Shown here: one piece after another, positions 1 to 7,810 of the stretch | Numbering within the stretch: position 1 is the first letter of the stretch | How the letters are laid out: each line of letters opens with the position of its first letter | Origin: Microcystis aeruginosa NIES-2549 | GTDB taxonomy: Bacteria; Cyanobacteriota; Cyanobacteriia; Cyanobacteriales; Microcystaceae | DNA: 32,000 nt | Reading direction: 5' to 3' | Assembly (NCBI RefSeq): GCF_000981785.2 | Contig: NZ_CP011304.1 | Coordinates: 3,120,001 to 3,152,000, forward strand | Position numbers and translations under genes: made by a program | The notes under the pieces: model-generated | The model's input: the letters and a program-made list of their open reading frames with translations, nothing else | What the model was told of the DNA's origin: nothing | Database searches by the model: none

Positions 1-74
1 TTTAAGCGTGAGACTTGCCAATAACAAATACTCAAACCTAAAACTACCCCGAAAATAAAAGCGAAAATAGTCAT
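1..74 (-). CDS. 5' end (about 24 codons) of a membrane protein that runs off the window; possibly the cognate sensor kinase of the adjacent response regulator
   Basis: The reverse complement of 1-74 reads ATG (72-74) MTIFAFIFGVVLGLSICYWQVSRL, a hydrophobic TM-like N-terminus. It lies 47 nt downstream of the regulator stop on the same strand. The kinase identity rests on operon logic only. Confidence 0.3.
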   Translation of the reverse strand, partial: MTIFAFIFGVVLGLSICYWQVSRL

Positions 75-121
75 TGTCTGCGCGAGCGGCGATCGCTAAA
101 CTTGAAAATATAATCGCTCAC

Positions 122-874
122 CTAGCCAAAACGATAACCGAAACCGCGTACAGTAATCAGGTATTCCGGTTGACTGGGATCGATTTCCAGTTTTTCGCGT
201 AACCAGCGAATGTGAACATCGACGGTTTTGGTGTCTCCTAAAAAATCTGGTCCCCAAATTTGTTCAATTAACTGCTCTCTTGACCAAACTCGGCGCGGAT
301 AACTCATAAATAGGTCGAGGAGACGGAATTCTTTAGGAGAAAGGTTAATTTCTTCATCTCGCACTGTCACCCGACATTCTTGGGTATAGAGAAAAACATC
401 GCGGAATTTCCGCACGGGAGCAGCCGCTAGAGAAGTAAATCCTTGACGACGAATGAGAGCGCGACAACGAGCGACTAATTCTCGCATACTAAAGGGTTTA
501 GTCAGATAATCATCAGCACCCACTTCTAAACCCAAAACTCGATCGGTTTCGCTGGCCTTAGCACTTAAGATTAAAATCGGAATAATATTGCCGTGATAGC
601 GCAACAGACGGCAGATATCAAGACCGTTGACTTGGGGTAACATTAAATCCAAAACGACCAAATCAAACCGAGATTCACCGTGATGAGATTCTTGACTTTG
701 CAGTAATTCTAGGGCAGCGCGACCATCACTAACACCGAGCGCCTCGTAACCTTCTTCTTCCAAAGCCAAAATAATCATATCCCGAATCACTTCTTCATCT
801 TCAACGATTAAAATCCGATGATTGGGAACGAAATCCGCACTCGCCGACAAGGGGGGGTTGTCAAGGGTTAACAT
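122..874 (-). CDS. OmpR-family two-component response regulator (receiver + winged-helix DNA-binding domain)
   Basis: 250-aa ORF with an ATG start. Receiver motifs are ILIVEDEE, LVVLDLMLP (phospho-acceptor Asp) and GADDYLTKPF. The C-terminal wHTH ends in LITVRGFGYRF. Confidence 0.9.
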   Translation of the reverse strand: MLTLDNPPLSASADFVPNHRILIVEDEEVIRDMIILALEEEGYEALGVSDGRAALELLQSQESHHGESRFDLVVLDLMLPQVNGLDICRLLRYHGNIIPILILSAKASETDRVLGLEVGADDYLTKPFSMRELVARCRALIRRQGFTSLAAAPVRKFRDVFLYTQECRVTVRDEEINLSPKEFRLLDLFMSYPRRVWSREQLIEQIWGPDFLGDTKTVDVHIRWLREKLEIDPSQPEYLITVRGFGYRFG

Positions 875-948
875 AAAAATACTTGATTATTCGTCCCAAT
901 TTTATCTCAATTTGTCAACCCGCACTCGTTTTGGAGAGGTAGAGCCGA

Positions 949-1716
949 ATGTTATTACAGTTATCTACCTGGTTAGAGGTGGAATCCTATCTAGAACAAT
1001 CTCAGGGAATTATTATTCCTATCGGTTCCACGGAACAACACGGGCCGACGGGACTAATTGGTACAGATGCTCTATGTGCGGAGGCGATCGCTAAAGGAGT
1101 AGGGACACAGGTAGGAGCAATGGTAGCACCTACCTTAAATGTCGGTATGGCCCTACATCATACGGCTTTTCCCGGTACAATTAGCCTTCGTCCTAGCACT
1201 TTGATTCAAGTCATCCTTGACTATGTGACTTGTTTAGCTAGAGCCGGTTTTCGTCAATTTTTCTTTATTAATGGTCACGGGGGCAATATTGCTACCCTAA
1301 AAGCAGCCTTTTCGGAAACCTATTATCATTTGGATTCCCTTAATTTGCCTAACACAAACGAGGTTAAATGTCAAGTGGCCAATTGGTTTATGGTGCGAGA
1401 TGTTTATCTTTTAGCCAAAGAATTGTATGGAGATCAGGAAGGTTCTCACGCTACACCGAGCGAAGTGGCGTTAACTCAGTATCTTTACCCTGAGAGCCTT
1501 AAAAACGCCTTTTTATCCGAAAAAGTGGCTTCTGGTCATGGTATTTACGGTGCGGCTAATTTTCGCCAAAACTACCCCGATGGTCGTATGGGTTCCAATC
1601 CTGCTTTAGCCACTCCCGAACACGGTCAGAGGTTCTATGAATTAGCCGTGAAAGAATTGAGTAATACTTATCTGGAATGGCTCTCTTGTCCTTTGTCTAA
1701 GTTGATTAGTGACTAG
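949..1716 (+). CDS. creatininase-family amidohydrolase
   Basis: 255-aa ORF carrying the family motifs GSTEQHGP and INGHGGN. It is divergent from the response regulator. Confidence 0.8.
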   Translation: MLLQLSTWLEVESYLEQSQGIIIPIGSTEQHGPTGLIGTDALCAEAIAKGVGTQVGAMVAPTLNVGMALHHTAFPGTISLRPSTLIQVILDYVTCLARAGFRQFFFINGHGGNIATLKAAFSETYYHLDSLNLPNTNEVKCQVANWFMVRDVYLLAKELYGDQEGSHATPSEVALTQYLYPESLKNAFLSEKVASGHGIYGAANFRQNYPDGRMGSNPALATPEHGQRFYELAVKELSNTYLEWLSCPLSKLISD

Positions 1717-1785
1717 GCCACCGAGACCAGGAATAATTTAACTGTAACCCTAGAGACAAAACTTAAATATGCAAGGAGAAAATTG

Positions 1786-2550
1786 ATGATTGCCACTACT
1801 GACAATAACTCCAATCAACCTCTGGTTAGTTTGCGGGAAATACAAGAACTTTCCATCGCAATTACAGCCAAAAGCCTCAATCCCGCCATGCTAACGGTTG
1901 ATTTCCTCAAATATTCGGGAATAGTTCCCCCCGACTGGGAATTAAATGGCCAGCCGGTACTCAATCCTAATTACGCTCAAGTTAATTTTCAAAATGGTAT
2001 CAGCATCGTCGCCCAACCCCGGAAAATTACCTTTGTGGAGATAATTAACTCTCCCGATAGCCTGAACCTGAAACTGCCAGAAATTGTTGCTTTATATCTA
2101 GATAAACTCCCTTTAGCCGAATATCAAGCCCTGGGTATCGCGCCGAAAAGTATTGTTCCTTTCCCTAGTAGTCCCGATGCCGCTAAAAAATATATCACCG
2201 AAACTCTTCTCGCCCCCGGTCCCTGGCACAATTTCGGTAAGGCCCCCCTACAAGCCGGCATCAATCTATTTTATCAGTTAGAAACCTCTCAGCTATCCCT
2301 GGCGATTAACGAGGCAAAATTGCAATTACCCGATGGCAAAATTTTAGGGGCGCTATTATTTGCTGGTAACTTTAACTATAATCTGGCCGAGGGCAGCGAT
2401 CGATTAAATCTGCTCAAACAATCTCTGGGACAATGGCAAAAAGACCTAGAGATTTTCCGAGAATTAATCACTCAACGCTTTCTGGAAAGACAAGTCCAGG
2501 TTTTCCCCTCTAATATCAATCTGCCCCTAGGACCCCAAGCTGGACTGTAA
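1786..2550 (+). CDS. conserved hypothetical protein (no family recognised)
   Basis: Long ORF. I prefer the ATG at 1786 (AAGGAG at 1773-1778, 7 nt upstream) over the TTG at 1783 listed in the track. Codon usage is coherent, and the stop TAA is embedded in the first unit of a heptamer array. Confidence 0.6.
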   Translation: MIATTDNNSNQPLVSLREIQELSIAITAKSLNPAMLTVDFLKYSGIVPPDWELNGQPVLNPNYAQVNFQNGISIVAQPRKITFVEIINSPDSLNLKLPEIVALYLDKLPLAEYQALGIAPKSIVPFPSSPDAAKKYITETLLAPGPWHNFGKAPLQAGINLFYQLETSQLSLAINEAKLQLPDGKILGALLFAGNFNYNLAEGSDRLNLLKQSLGQWQKDLEIFRELITQRFLERQVQVFPSNINLPLGPQAGL

Positions 2551-2586
2551 TCAGTAGTCAGTAATCAGTAATCAGTAATCAGTCAG
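2545..2586 (+). repeat. tandem heptamer array (TCAGTAA/TCAGTAG, about 5 units)
   Basis: The sequence reads ctgtaa tcagtag tcagtaa tcagtaa tcagtaa tcagtca g, and it starts inside the stop codon of the preceding CDS. Confidence 0.9.
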
Positions 2587-2927
2587 AAAAATCATTAAAC
2601 CTCTTGCATAATTAGGGTTTGCTGAAAAAGTAGGGGCGAAGCATTCGGATAGAAAATCTCCGGTTTCACCGATAGGTTATTGCCCGAATGCTTCGCCCCT
2701 ACAGGACGCGGGCCGATGAAGATGCAAGGTTTTGAACCACGATTCTCTCAAAATCTTGCACCTGTTTCGCAAGAAAAGCCCCAAAACCCTTACCTTGCCT
2801 ACATTTCACATTTATTCAGCCAACCCTAATTAATTTTTCAGGGTTCAAAAACAGCAAAAATAAGGATTAAATGGCATAAAATTTGTCAATAGACCATTTA
2901 ATTGATTGTTATTCATTCTTAATTCTC
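2587..2927. mobile_element. non-coding composite MITE-like insert with nested inverted repeats
   Basis: There is no ORF. Inverted repeat ataattagggtttgctgaa (2608-2626) pairs with ttcagccaaccctaattaat (2815-2834), about 17/19 complementary. This pair encloses a 19-bp perfect hairpin. Inverted heptamer arrays bracket the whole block, and there is an outer 9-bp IR cctcttgca (2600-2608) / tgcaagagg (2983-2991). Confidence 0.4.
2630..2702. repeat. perfect 19-bp inverted repeat hairpin (GTAGGGGCGAAGCATTCGG ... CCGAATGCTTCGCCCCTAC) with a 35-nt spacer
   Basis: The arms at 2630-2648 and 2684-2702 are exact reverse complements. Confidence 0.9.
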
Positions 2928-2955
2928 CTGACTACTGACTACCGACTACTGACTC
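2928..2955 (-). repeat. tandem heptamer array (ACTACTG units, the reverse-complement orientation of the 2545-2586 array)
   Basis: The sequence reads ctg actactg actaccg actactg actcc. Its reverse complement, cagtagt..., lies immediately downstream of the glcD stop on the minus strand. Confidence 0.85.
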
Positions 2956-3009
2956 CTAACCCTAACAACGATTTTTGATTTCTGCAAGAGGTCTATTACT
3001 GCCGATAAC

Positions 3010-4476
3010 CTAAAACACATCCACCCCCCCAAACCCTTGTATTTTTGCATTAGCGGCTTCTCCACAGCTGCGCGGGGTGGGGAATAATTTCCCCGGATTA
3101 GCTAAACCTTTGGGATTAAAACAGTCCCGCACATAGCCCATAGTTTCTAAGTCAATCTCATTGAACATGGCGGGCATATAACAATTTTTATCGATGCCGA
3201 TACCGTGTTCGCCCGATAAACTGCCCCCAACCCGCACACAAAGTTTGAGAATTTCACCGCCTAATTCTTCCACTTCTTCCCAGGCCCCCTCTACCTTGTT
3301 ATTGTAGAGAATCAACGGGTGTAAATTGCCATCACCGGCGTGGAAAACATTGGCGATTTTATAGCCGTATTTTTCACTTAAAGCCTTAATTTCCTGAAGA
3401 ACATAGACCAATTGAGTGCGGGGAATCACCCCATCTTGCACAAAATAATTAGGGCTAATTTTCCCCGCCGCCGCAAAAGCCGCTTTTCTGCCCTTCCAGA
3501 GTTTTAAGCGGGTTTCGGCATCATTAGCCGTAGTGATATTTCTCGCCCCATTTTGACGGCAAATCTCGGCAACCCGATGTTTATTCCTGGCTACTTCTAC
3601 CCCTAAACCATCCAATTCCACTAATAAAACTGACTCGGCATCCCGGGGATAACAGCCGGTAGCCACCACGTCTTCCACGGCGTTGATACTGAGATTATCC
3701 ATAATCTCCATCCCCGCCGGAATCATTCCCGATTTAATAATATCCGCCACCGCTTGGCCCGCCGCCTCGATACTGGTAAAATCAGCCAGTAAAACACAGA
3801 TAGACTCGGGAGTTTTCAGGATTCTTAAGGTGATTTCCGTGGCGATGCCTAAAGTTCCCTCGGAACCCACAAATAAACCAGTTAAATCGTAGCCCGGTTG
3901 TTCCGGTACTGCCCCCCCCACATCGATAATTGAACCATCGGGAAGGACGATTTTTAAGCCCATAACGTGATTGGTAGTGACACCGTATTTTAAACAGTGA
4001 ACCCCGCCGGAATTTTCCGCCACATTACCGCCGATTGAGCAGATAATTTGACTAGAGGGATCCGGTGCATAATAAAATCCCGCCCCGCTTACCGCTTGCG
4101 TCACCCAATTATTAATCACCCCGGGCTGTACCACCACCCTTTGATTATCTAAATCAACCCTGAGAATCTGATTCATCCGCGCCGTGACGATGAGAATCCC
4201 CTCTTCTAAGGGTAACGCCCCTCCCGATAAGCCCGTACCTGCACCCCTCGCTACCCAGGCAATCTCGTTATCGTGACAGAGTTTCACCACCGCTGCAATT
4301 TCGGCGGTGCTGCGGGGCAGTACCACAAGAGCGGGTCTTTGTCTGTATCCTGTGATACCATCGCACTCGTAGGTTAATAATTCATCTTTGCGACGGATGA
4401 CTCCATCTTTGCCAAGGATCGCTTCTAACTGTTTGATCAGATTGGGGGAGATTTTCGGGGGATTTTTGAGTAACAT
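3010..4476 (-). CDS. glcD: glycolate oxidase/dehydrogenase subunit GlcD (FAD-linked oxidase)
   Basis: 488-aa ORF with the FAD-binding motif ARGAGTGLSGGA and a C-terminal SGEHGIG motif. Length and layout are typical of GlcD. Confidence 0.9.
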   Translation of the reverse strand: MLLKNPPKISPNLIKQLEAILGKDGVIRRKDELLTYECDGITGYRQRPALVVLPRSTAEIAAVVKLCHDNEIAWVARGAGTGLSGGALPLEEGILIVTARMNQILRVDLDNQRVVVQPGVINNWVTQAVSGAGFYYAPDPSSQIICSIGGNVAENSGGVHCLKYGVTTNHVMGLKIVLPDGSIIDVGGAVPEQPGYDLTGLFVGSEGTLGIATEITLRILKTPESICVLLADFTSIEAAGQAVADIIKSGMIPAGMEIMDNLSINAVEDVVATGCYPRDAESVLLVELDGLGVEVARNKHRVAEICRQNGARNITTANDAETRLKLWKGRKAAFAAAGKISPNYFVQDGVIPRTQLVYVLQEIKALSEKYGYKIANVFHAGDGNLHPLILYNNKVEGAWEEVEELGGEILKLCVRVGGSLSGEHGIGIDKNCYMPAMFNEIDLETMGYVRDCFNPKGLANPGKLFPTPRSCGEAANAKIQGFGGVDVF

Positions 4477-4719
4477 AGGTTTCAGGGCGGCGGAGTCGCC
4501 ATAAAATCGCTCTATAGGTTAAATTTTCGCAAAAAAGCCAGAAATGAAGCTTTAAAAACTGCTCTCTCCTATTTTAGCACTATAACCCCTTCCTCTCTAG
4601 AAATCGGGTCTATCTCGCGCTTGCAGCAATACCGACAATCAGCAATTATCAGTGACTTTTAAATTATTACAGATATATCAGCAGCTGTCTGTAAGCATCT
4701 CACCGAAAAACTAATGCGC

Positions 4720-4777
4720 GGGGGGTTTGGGGGCGGCGCCACGCCCCCAACGGGGGGTTTGGGGGGTAGAACCCCCC
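4720..4777. repeat. G-rich duplicated block with two GC hairpins
   Basis: GGGGGGTTTGGGGG occurs twice (4720-4733 and 4752-4765). One hairpin is gggggcg (4729-4735) / cgccccc (4742-4748). The other is ggggggt (4761-4767) / acccccc (4771-4777). Confidence 0.85.
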
Positions 4778-4905
4778 AAAAGCTTGGATTGAGTGATAAA
4801 ATCGAAAGTAACGCCCGATTTTAGCAGAGAGTTTCCCCTTAAAAATCCCAACTTAGTAGATTTACAAAAATGATATGCACCCGCAGAAACCCCCAAGGGT
4901 CTGGA

Positions 4906-5469
4906 TTATAGAGGAAATTGCCGATAAATTTCCCAGTGCTTACCGTTATGGATTAGGAGGGTAATTTCATCGATTATCACCTCAAAAAATAGCTCTTGAT
5001 TAGCATATTTTGACCAAGCTTTCCAGAAATTATCTTTAGTTAAATCTCGGAAGCCAACGGTTAAATGAGGCGAAAAAGCTCGGCTTTTTGAGGCATTATC
5101 GCTGATGTTCAAGGAAGATTCTAGCTGCTGTAAAAGCCGTTTTTGCAGGGTTAATAATTCTGGGGTTTTCTGGACATTAATATAAATGACTCGCGGTTTA
5201 AAGGCGGCAAAATCTCGGAGAATCAGGGGAATAGGAGAGTGCAAGCGGGCAAATTCCTCTAAACATCTTTCTAAATCCGTTAATTGTCCTAAATTCCACC
5301 GGAAAGGGGGTTGGAGAGTGACGTGGGGAGGCGATTTCAGGGCGGCGCGACTATTGTAAATTTCTGCAAACTCTAACTTGATTTTTGTGGCAATTTCCTG
5401 TACTTCTGGCGGCGGCAAAAGCGCAATAAAAAATAGAGATCCCTGGGGTTGATTCATAGAAACAAGCAA
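4906..5469 (-). CDS. 2H phosphoesterase superfamily protein (LigT / 2'-5' RNA ligase-like)
   Basis: 187-aa ORF with the two H-x-T-x motifs of the 2H fold: PPHVTLQPP and SPHLTVGF. Confidence 0.8.
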   Translation of the reverse strand: MLVSMNQPQGSLFFIALLPPPEVQEIATKIKLEFAEIYNSRAALKSPPHVTLQPPFRWNLGQLTDLERCLEEFARLHSPIPLILRDFAAFKPRVIYINVQKTPELLTLQKRLLQQLESSLNISDNASKSRAFSPHLTVGFRDLTKDNFWKAWSKYANQELFFEVIIDEITLLIHNGKHWEIYRQFPL

Positions 5470-5617
5470 AGCTACAGAAATGAAGCTGTCACCTCGATTC
5501 TAGCAGTCTTCCACAACTCTAGCTAATTGTATATCTCTGTTACATGGCACCATCGACGGCCAAGATTAATCGGTATAATTATAGGGTTGTTAATCCGTCC
5601 TAGCCTACTGAGAATTT

Positions 5618-5884
5618 ATGCCCTGGTTTGTCAAGATAGAAAAAGGCATTGTTGATAAAACTACCTTTGATCGCTATGTCAGCACCCATAAGGACTATGT
5701 GCGTGATTTAATTAGCCAAGGACGAGAAGCAAAAACCGGTTATTGGGCAGAAAGGGGCGGCGGAATGTTATTATTCAAGGCCGATTCTCTTGAGGAGGCT
5801 CAAGCAATTATAGTTCGTGATCCTTTAATCGAGAATGGTTGTGTGGAATACGAACTCCATGAATGGCGAATTGTCGTCGAGTAA
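5618..5884 (+). CDS. YciI-family protein
   Basis: 88-aa ORF of YciI-like size and pattern (…AQAIIVRDPLIENGCVEYELHEWRI). It is divergent from the 2H phosphoesterase gene. Confidence 0.7.
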   Translation: MPWFVKIEKGIVDKTTFDRYVSTHKDYVRDLISQGREAKTGYWAERGGGMLLFKADSLEEAQAIIVRDPLIENGCVEYELHEWRIVVE

Positions 5885-5901
5885 TCTAGCTTTTCAGGGA
5901 A

Positions 5902-5922
5902 CAGTAATCAGTAATCAGTGAA
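5902..5922 (+). repeat. heptamer array (CAGTAAT x2, CAGTGAA)
   Basis: The units are tandem and lie 18 nt after the YciI stop. Confidence 0.8.
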
Positions 5923-5980
5923 AAGACGGCAATGTTAAGCTGTTGATTATCTAAATATTACTCCCTAATACTGCCTAGTA

Positions 5981-6030
5981 GTGGGGAGATGGGGGTGGAG
6001 AGTCGGGGGATGGGAGTGGGAAGATGGGGA
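5981..6030 (+). repeat. degenerate G-rich repeat block (GGGGAGAT/GGGAAGAT-type units)
   Basis: The sequence is gtggggagatgggggtggagagtcgggggatgggagtgggaagatgggga, with six or more G3-5 tracts separated by short loops. Confidence 0.8.
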
Positions 6031-6060
6031 GCTTTTTTGCTGTGAACTGAAAACTCGCAT

Positions 6061-6081
6061 CTGATCACTGATCACTGATAA
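6061..6081 (-). repeat. heptamer array (CTGATCA x2, CTGATAA), inverted relative to 5902-5922
   Basis: The reverse complement, cttatcagtgatcagtgatcag, matches 5902-5918 at about 15/17 positions. Confidence 0.8.
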
Positions 6082-6129
6082 GCTATACTGGGGGAACTGT
6101 GGTGACAGCACGGTTGCTGCTGCCGAATC

Positions 6130-6277
6130 GGCTCTCCTACTAGGTTCTGTGTGATAAGTTTAACTTACAATATGATTGATCAATCTTTGTGTCCTTTGTG
6201 TCTTTGTGGTTCGTTCCACCCCCCGCTGGGAGGAATGTATCTTAGAATACATTTTAACCACCAAACCCAAGAGAGCC
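6130..6277. mobile_element. miniature ISL3-like derivative (terminal inverted repeats only, no transposase)
   Basis: The left end, ggctctcctactaggttctgtgtga, shares CTAGGTTCTGTGTGA with the transposase-bearing remnant at 13822. The right end reverse-complements to ggctctcttgggtttggtg. Three copies of tc(c)tttgtg lie inside. Confidence 0.4.
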
Positions 6278-6323
6278 CCGAATCATTAAATAAATTGTCC
6301 CCAGTGAATTTGAGGAATTAACT

Positions 6324-6554
6324 TTGTCTAAACAAGATCTCATCGAAATGGAAGGAACCGTCACCGAATCTTTGCCCAACGCCATGTTTAGGGTGGATTT
6401 AGATAACGGTTTCAACGTCTTAGCCCATATATCTGGCAAAATCCGCCGTAATTATATCAAAATCCTCCCCGGCGATCGAGTCAAGGTGGAACTGACCCCC
6501 TACGACCTAACCAAAGGCAGAATCACCTATCGCCTGAAAAATCAAAAAAAATAG
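6324..6554 (+). CDS. infA: translation initiation factor IF-1
   Basis: [29 protein letters not shown]… is collinear with bacterial IF-1 from residue 1. This supports the TTG start at 6324, which has GAGGA 6 nt upstream. Confidence 0.95.
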   Translation: MSKQDLIEMEGTVTESLPNAMFRVDLDNGFNVLAHISGKIRRNYIKILPGDRVKVELTPYDLTKGRITYRLKNQKK

Positions 6555-6618
6555 GGATAAATAGGGGTAGAGAAGCCAAAAAGTCTAATAAGCGGCCAAA
6601 TTTATTTTAAAAAAATAG

Positions 6619-6648
6619 GTGACACGAGTAAAAGAAATCTGATATAAT
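6619..6648 (+). promoter_or_regulatory. candidate sigma70-type promoter upstream of rpmJ (-35 GTGACA, 18-nt spacer, extended -10 TGaTATAAT)
   Basis: GTGACA lies at 6619-6624, TG at 6640-6641 and TATAAT at 6643-6648, about 34 nt upstream of the rpmJ ATG. This is a motif match only. Confidence 0.4.
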
Positions 6649-6681
6649 AATAAGCTTGCAGTGTTGCCAAAATACTTAGGC

Positions 6682-6795
6682 ATGAAAGTTAGAGCGTCTG
6701 TCAAAAAAATGTGCGAAAAGTGCCGCGTCATCCGTCGGCGCGGTCGAGTCATGGTAATTTGTTCTAACCCCAAACACAAGCAGAGACAAGGTTAA
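6682..6795 (+). CDS. rpmJ: 50S ribosomal protein L36
   Basis: It is not in the ORF track because it is only 37 aa. My translation is [37 protein letters not shown], with stop TAA at 6793-6795. The sequence is canonical L36 with the CxxC…CxxxH zinc ribbon, and it sits at the canonical position between infA and rpsM. Confidence 0.95.
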   Translation: MKVRASVKKMCEKCRVIRRRGRVMVICSNPKHKQRQG

Positions 6796-6888
6796 ACCAC
6801 CAAAGTCACTGTCTTGGGGCAGAGAATCGTTACCGTTAATTGTAGTCGTTTTTGGAAAAAAAATCGTTCATAGGGAGAAAGAAAAAGC

Positions 6889-7272
6889 GTGGCAAGGATA
6901 GCTGGTGTAGACCTACCTCGCGATAAGCGTGTGGAAATCGCCCTGACCTACCTCTACGGAGTGGGTCTATCGCGTTCCCAAGAAGTCTTATCTGCGACGG
7001 GTGTTAACCCTGACACTCGGGTCAAGGATCTCAGCGATGAAGACGTGGCGGCGCTACGGACTTATATCGAAACAAATTATCAAATCGAGGGGGATTTGAG
7101 ACGCTGGGAGGCGATGAACATTAAACGCCTCGCCGATATCGGCACCTATCGAGGTCGTCGGCATCGGCTAGGATTACCCGTGCGCGGGCAACGGACGCGA
7201 ACCAATGCGCGGACCCGTCGCGGTCGTCGGGTGACAGTGGCAGGGAAGAAAAAAGCCCCCTCCAAGAAATAA
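6889..7272 (+). CDS. rpsM: 30S ribosomal protein S13
   Basis: GTG start reading [26 protein letters not shown]…; 127 aa; a purine-rich SD lies upstream. Confidence 0.95.
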   Translation: MARIAGVDLPRDKRVEIALTYLYGVGLSRSQEVLSATGVNPDTRVKDLSDEDVAALRTYIETNYQIEGDLRRWEAMNIKRLADIGTYRGRRHRLGLPVRGQRTRTNARTRRGRRVTVAGKKKAPSKK

Positions 7273-7311
7273 TTTTTTATTCATTGCGATATCCCCCAAT
7301 CAAGAAAAACT

Positions 7312-7704
7312 ATGGCGCGACCAACCAAAAAAACCGGACCGAAAAAACAGAAGAAAAATATTCCTACCGGAGTCGCTCACATTCAATCGACCTTCAACAA
7401 TACCATTGTCACGATCGCCGATACCAAAGGCGATGTGATCTCTTGGGCATCGGCGGGATCGAGTGGTTTTAAAGGAGCCAAAAAAGGAACCCCCTTCGCC
7501 GCCCAAACCGCCGCCGATAACGCCGCCCGCCGAGCAATCGAACAGGGAATGCGTCAACTAGAGGTGATGGTTAGCGGCCCTGGGGCGGGACGGGAAACCG
7601 CAATCCGGGCCCTGCAAGGAGCAGGATTAGAAATCACCCTGATCCGGGACGTGACCCCCATCCCCCACAATGGTTGTCGTCCTCCCAAACGCCGGAGAGT
7701 GTAA
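7312..7704 (+). CDS. rpsK: 30S ribosomal protein S11
   Basis: 130 aa, containing …[30 protein letters not shown]…. Confidence 0.95.
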   Translation: MARPTKKTGPKKQKKNIPTGVAHIQSTFNNTIVTIADTKGDVISWASAGSSGFKGAKKGTPFAAQTAADNAARRAIEQGMRQLEVMVSGPGAGRETAIRALQGAGLEITLIRDVTPIPHNGCRPPKRRRV

Positions 7705-7810
7705 ACAGTGAACAGCTTTTTCAGGTGACAGGGATCTTGAGGCCGGCAGCCGTTAGCTTTTCGCACATCAGCAGGAGAATCGGGTCGTCAAAGACCATCT
7801 GATCAAAAAA

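Noticed and set aside
822-1094. 90-aa plus-strand ORF spanning the regulator/creatininase divergent region
   Set aside because: It overlaps the 5' ends of two well-supported genes in other frames.
2545-2955. Heptamer arrays as a CRISPR array
   Set aside because: The unit length is 7 nt with no spacers, and there are no cas genes. These are STRR-like microsatellite arrays.
4711-4896. 61-aa minus-strand ORF
   Set aside because: It reads straight through the G-rich duplicated repeat, giving low-complexity Gly/Pro/Ala sequence with no credible start context. It is a repeat artefact.
6205-6235. tRNA-like GGTTCG…CC T-arm resemblance (tggttcgttccacc)
   Set aside because: No acceptor, D or anticodon stems can be built around it. 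It lies inside the miniature IS-like element.
6585-6779. 64-aa minus-strand ORF
   Set aside because: It is antisense to the unmistakable rpmJ gene and its promoter region.
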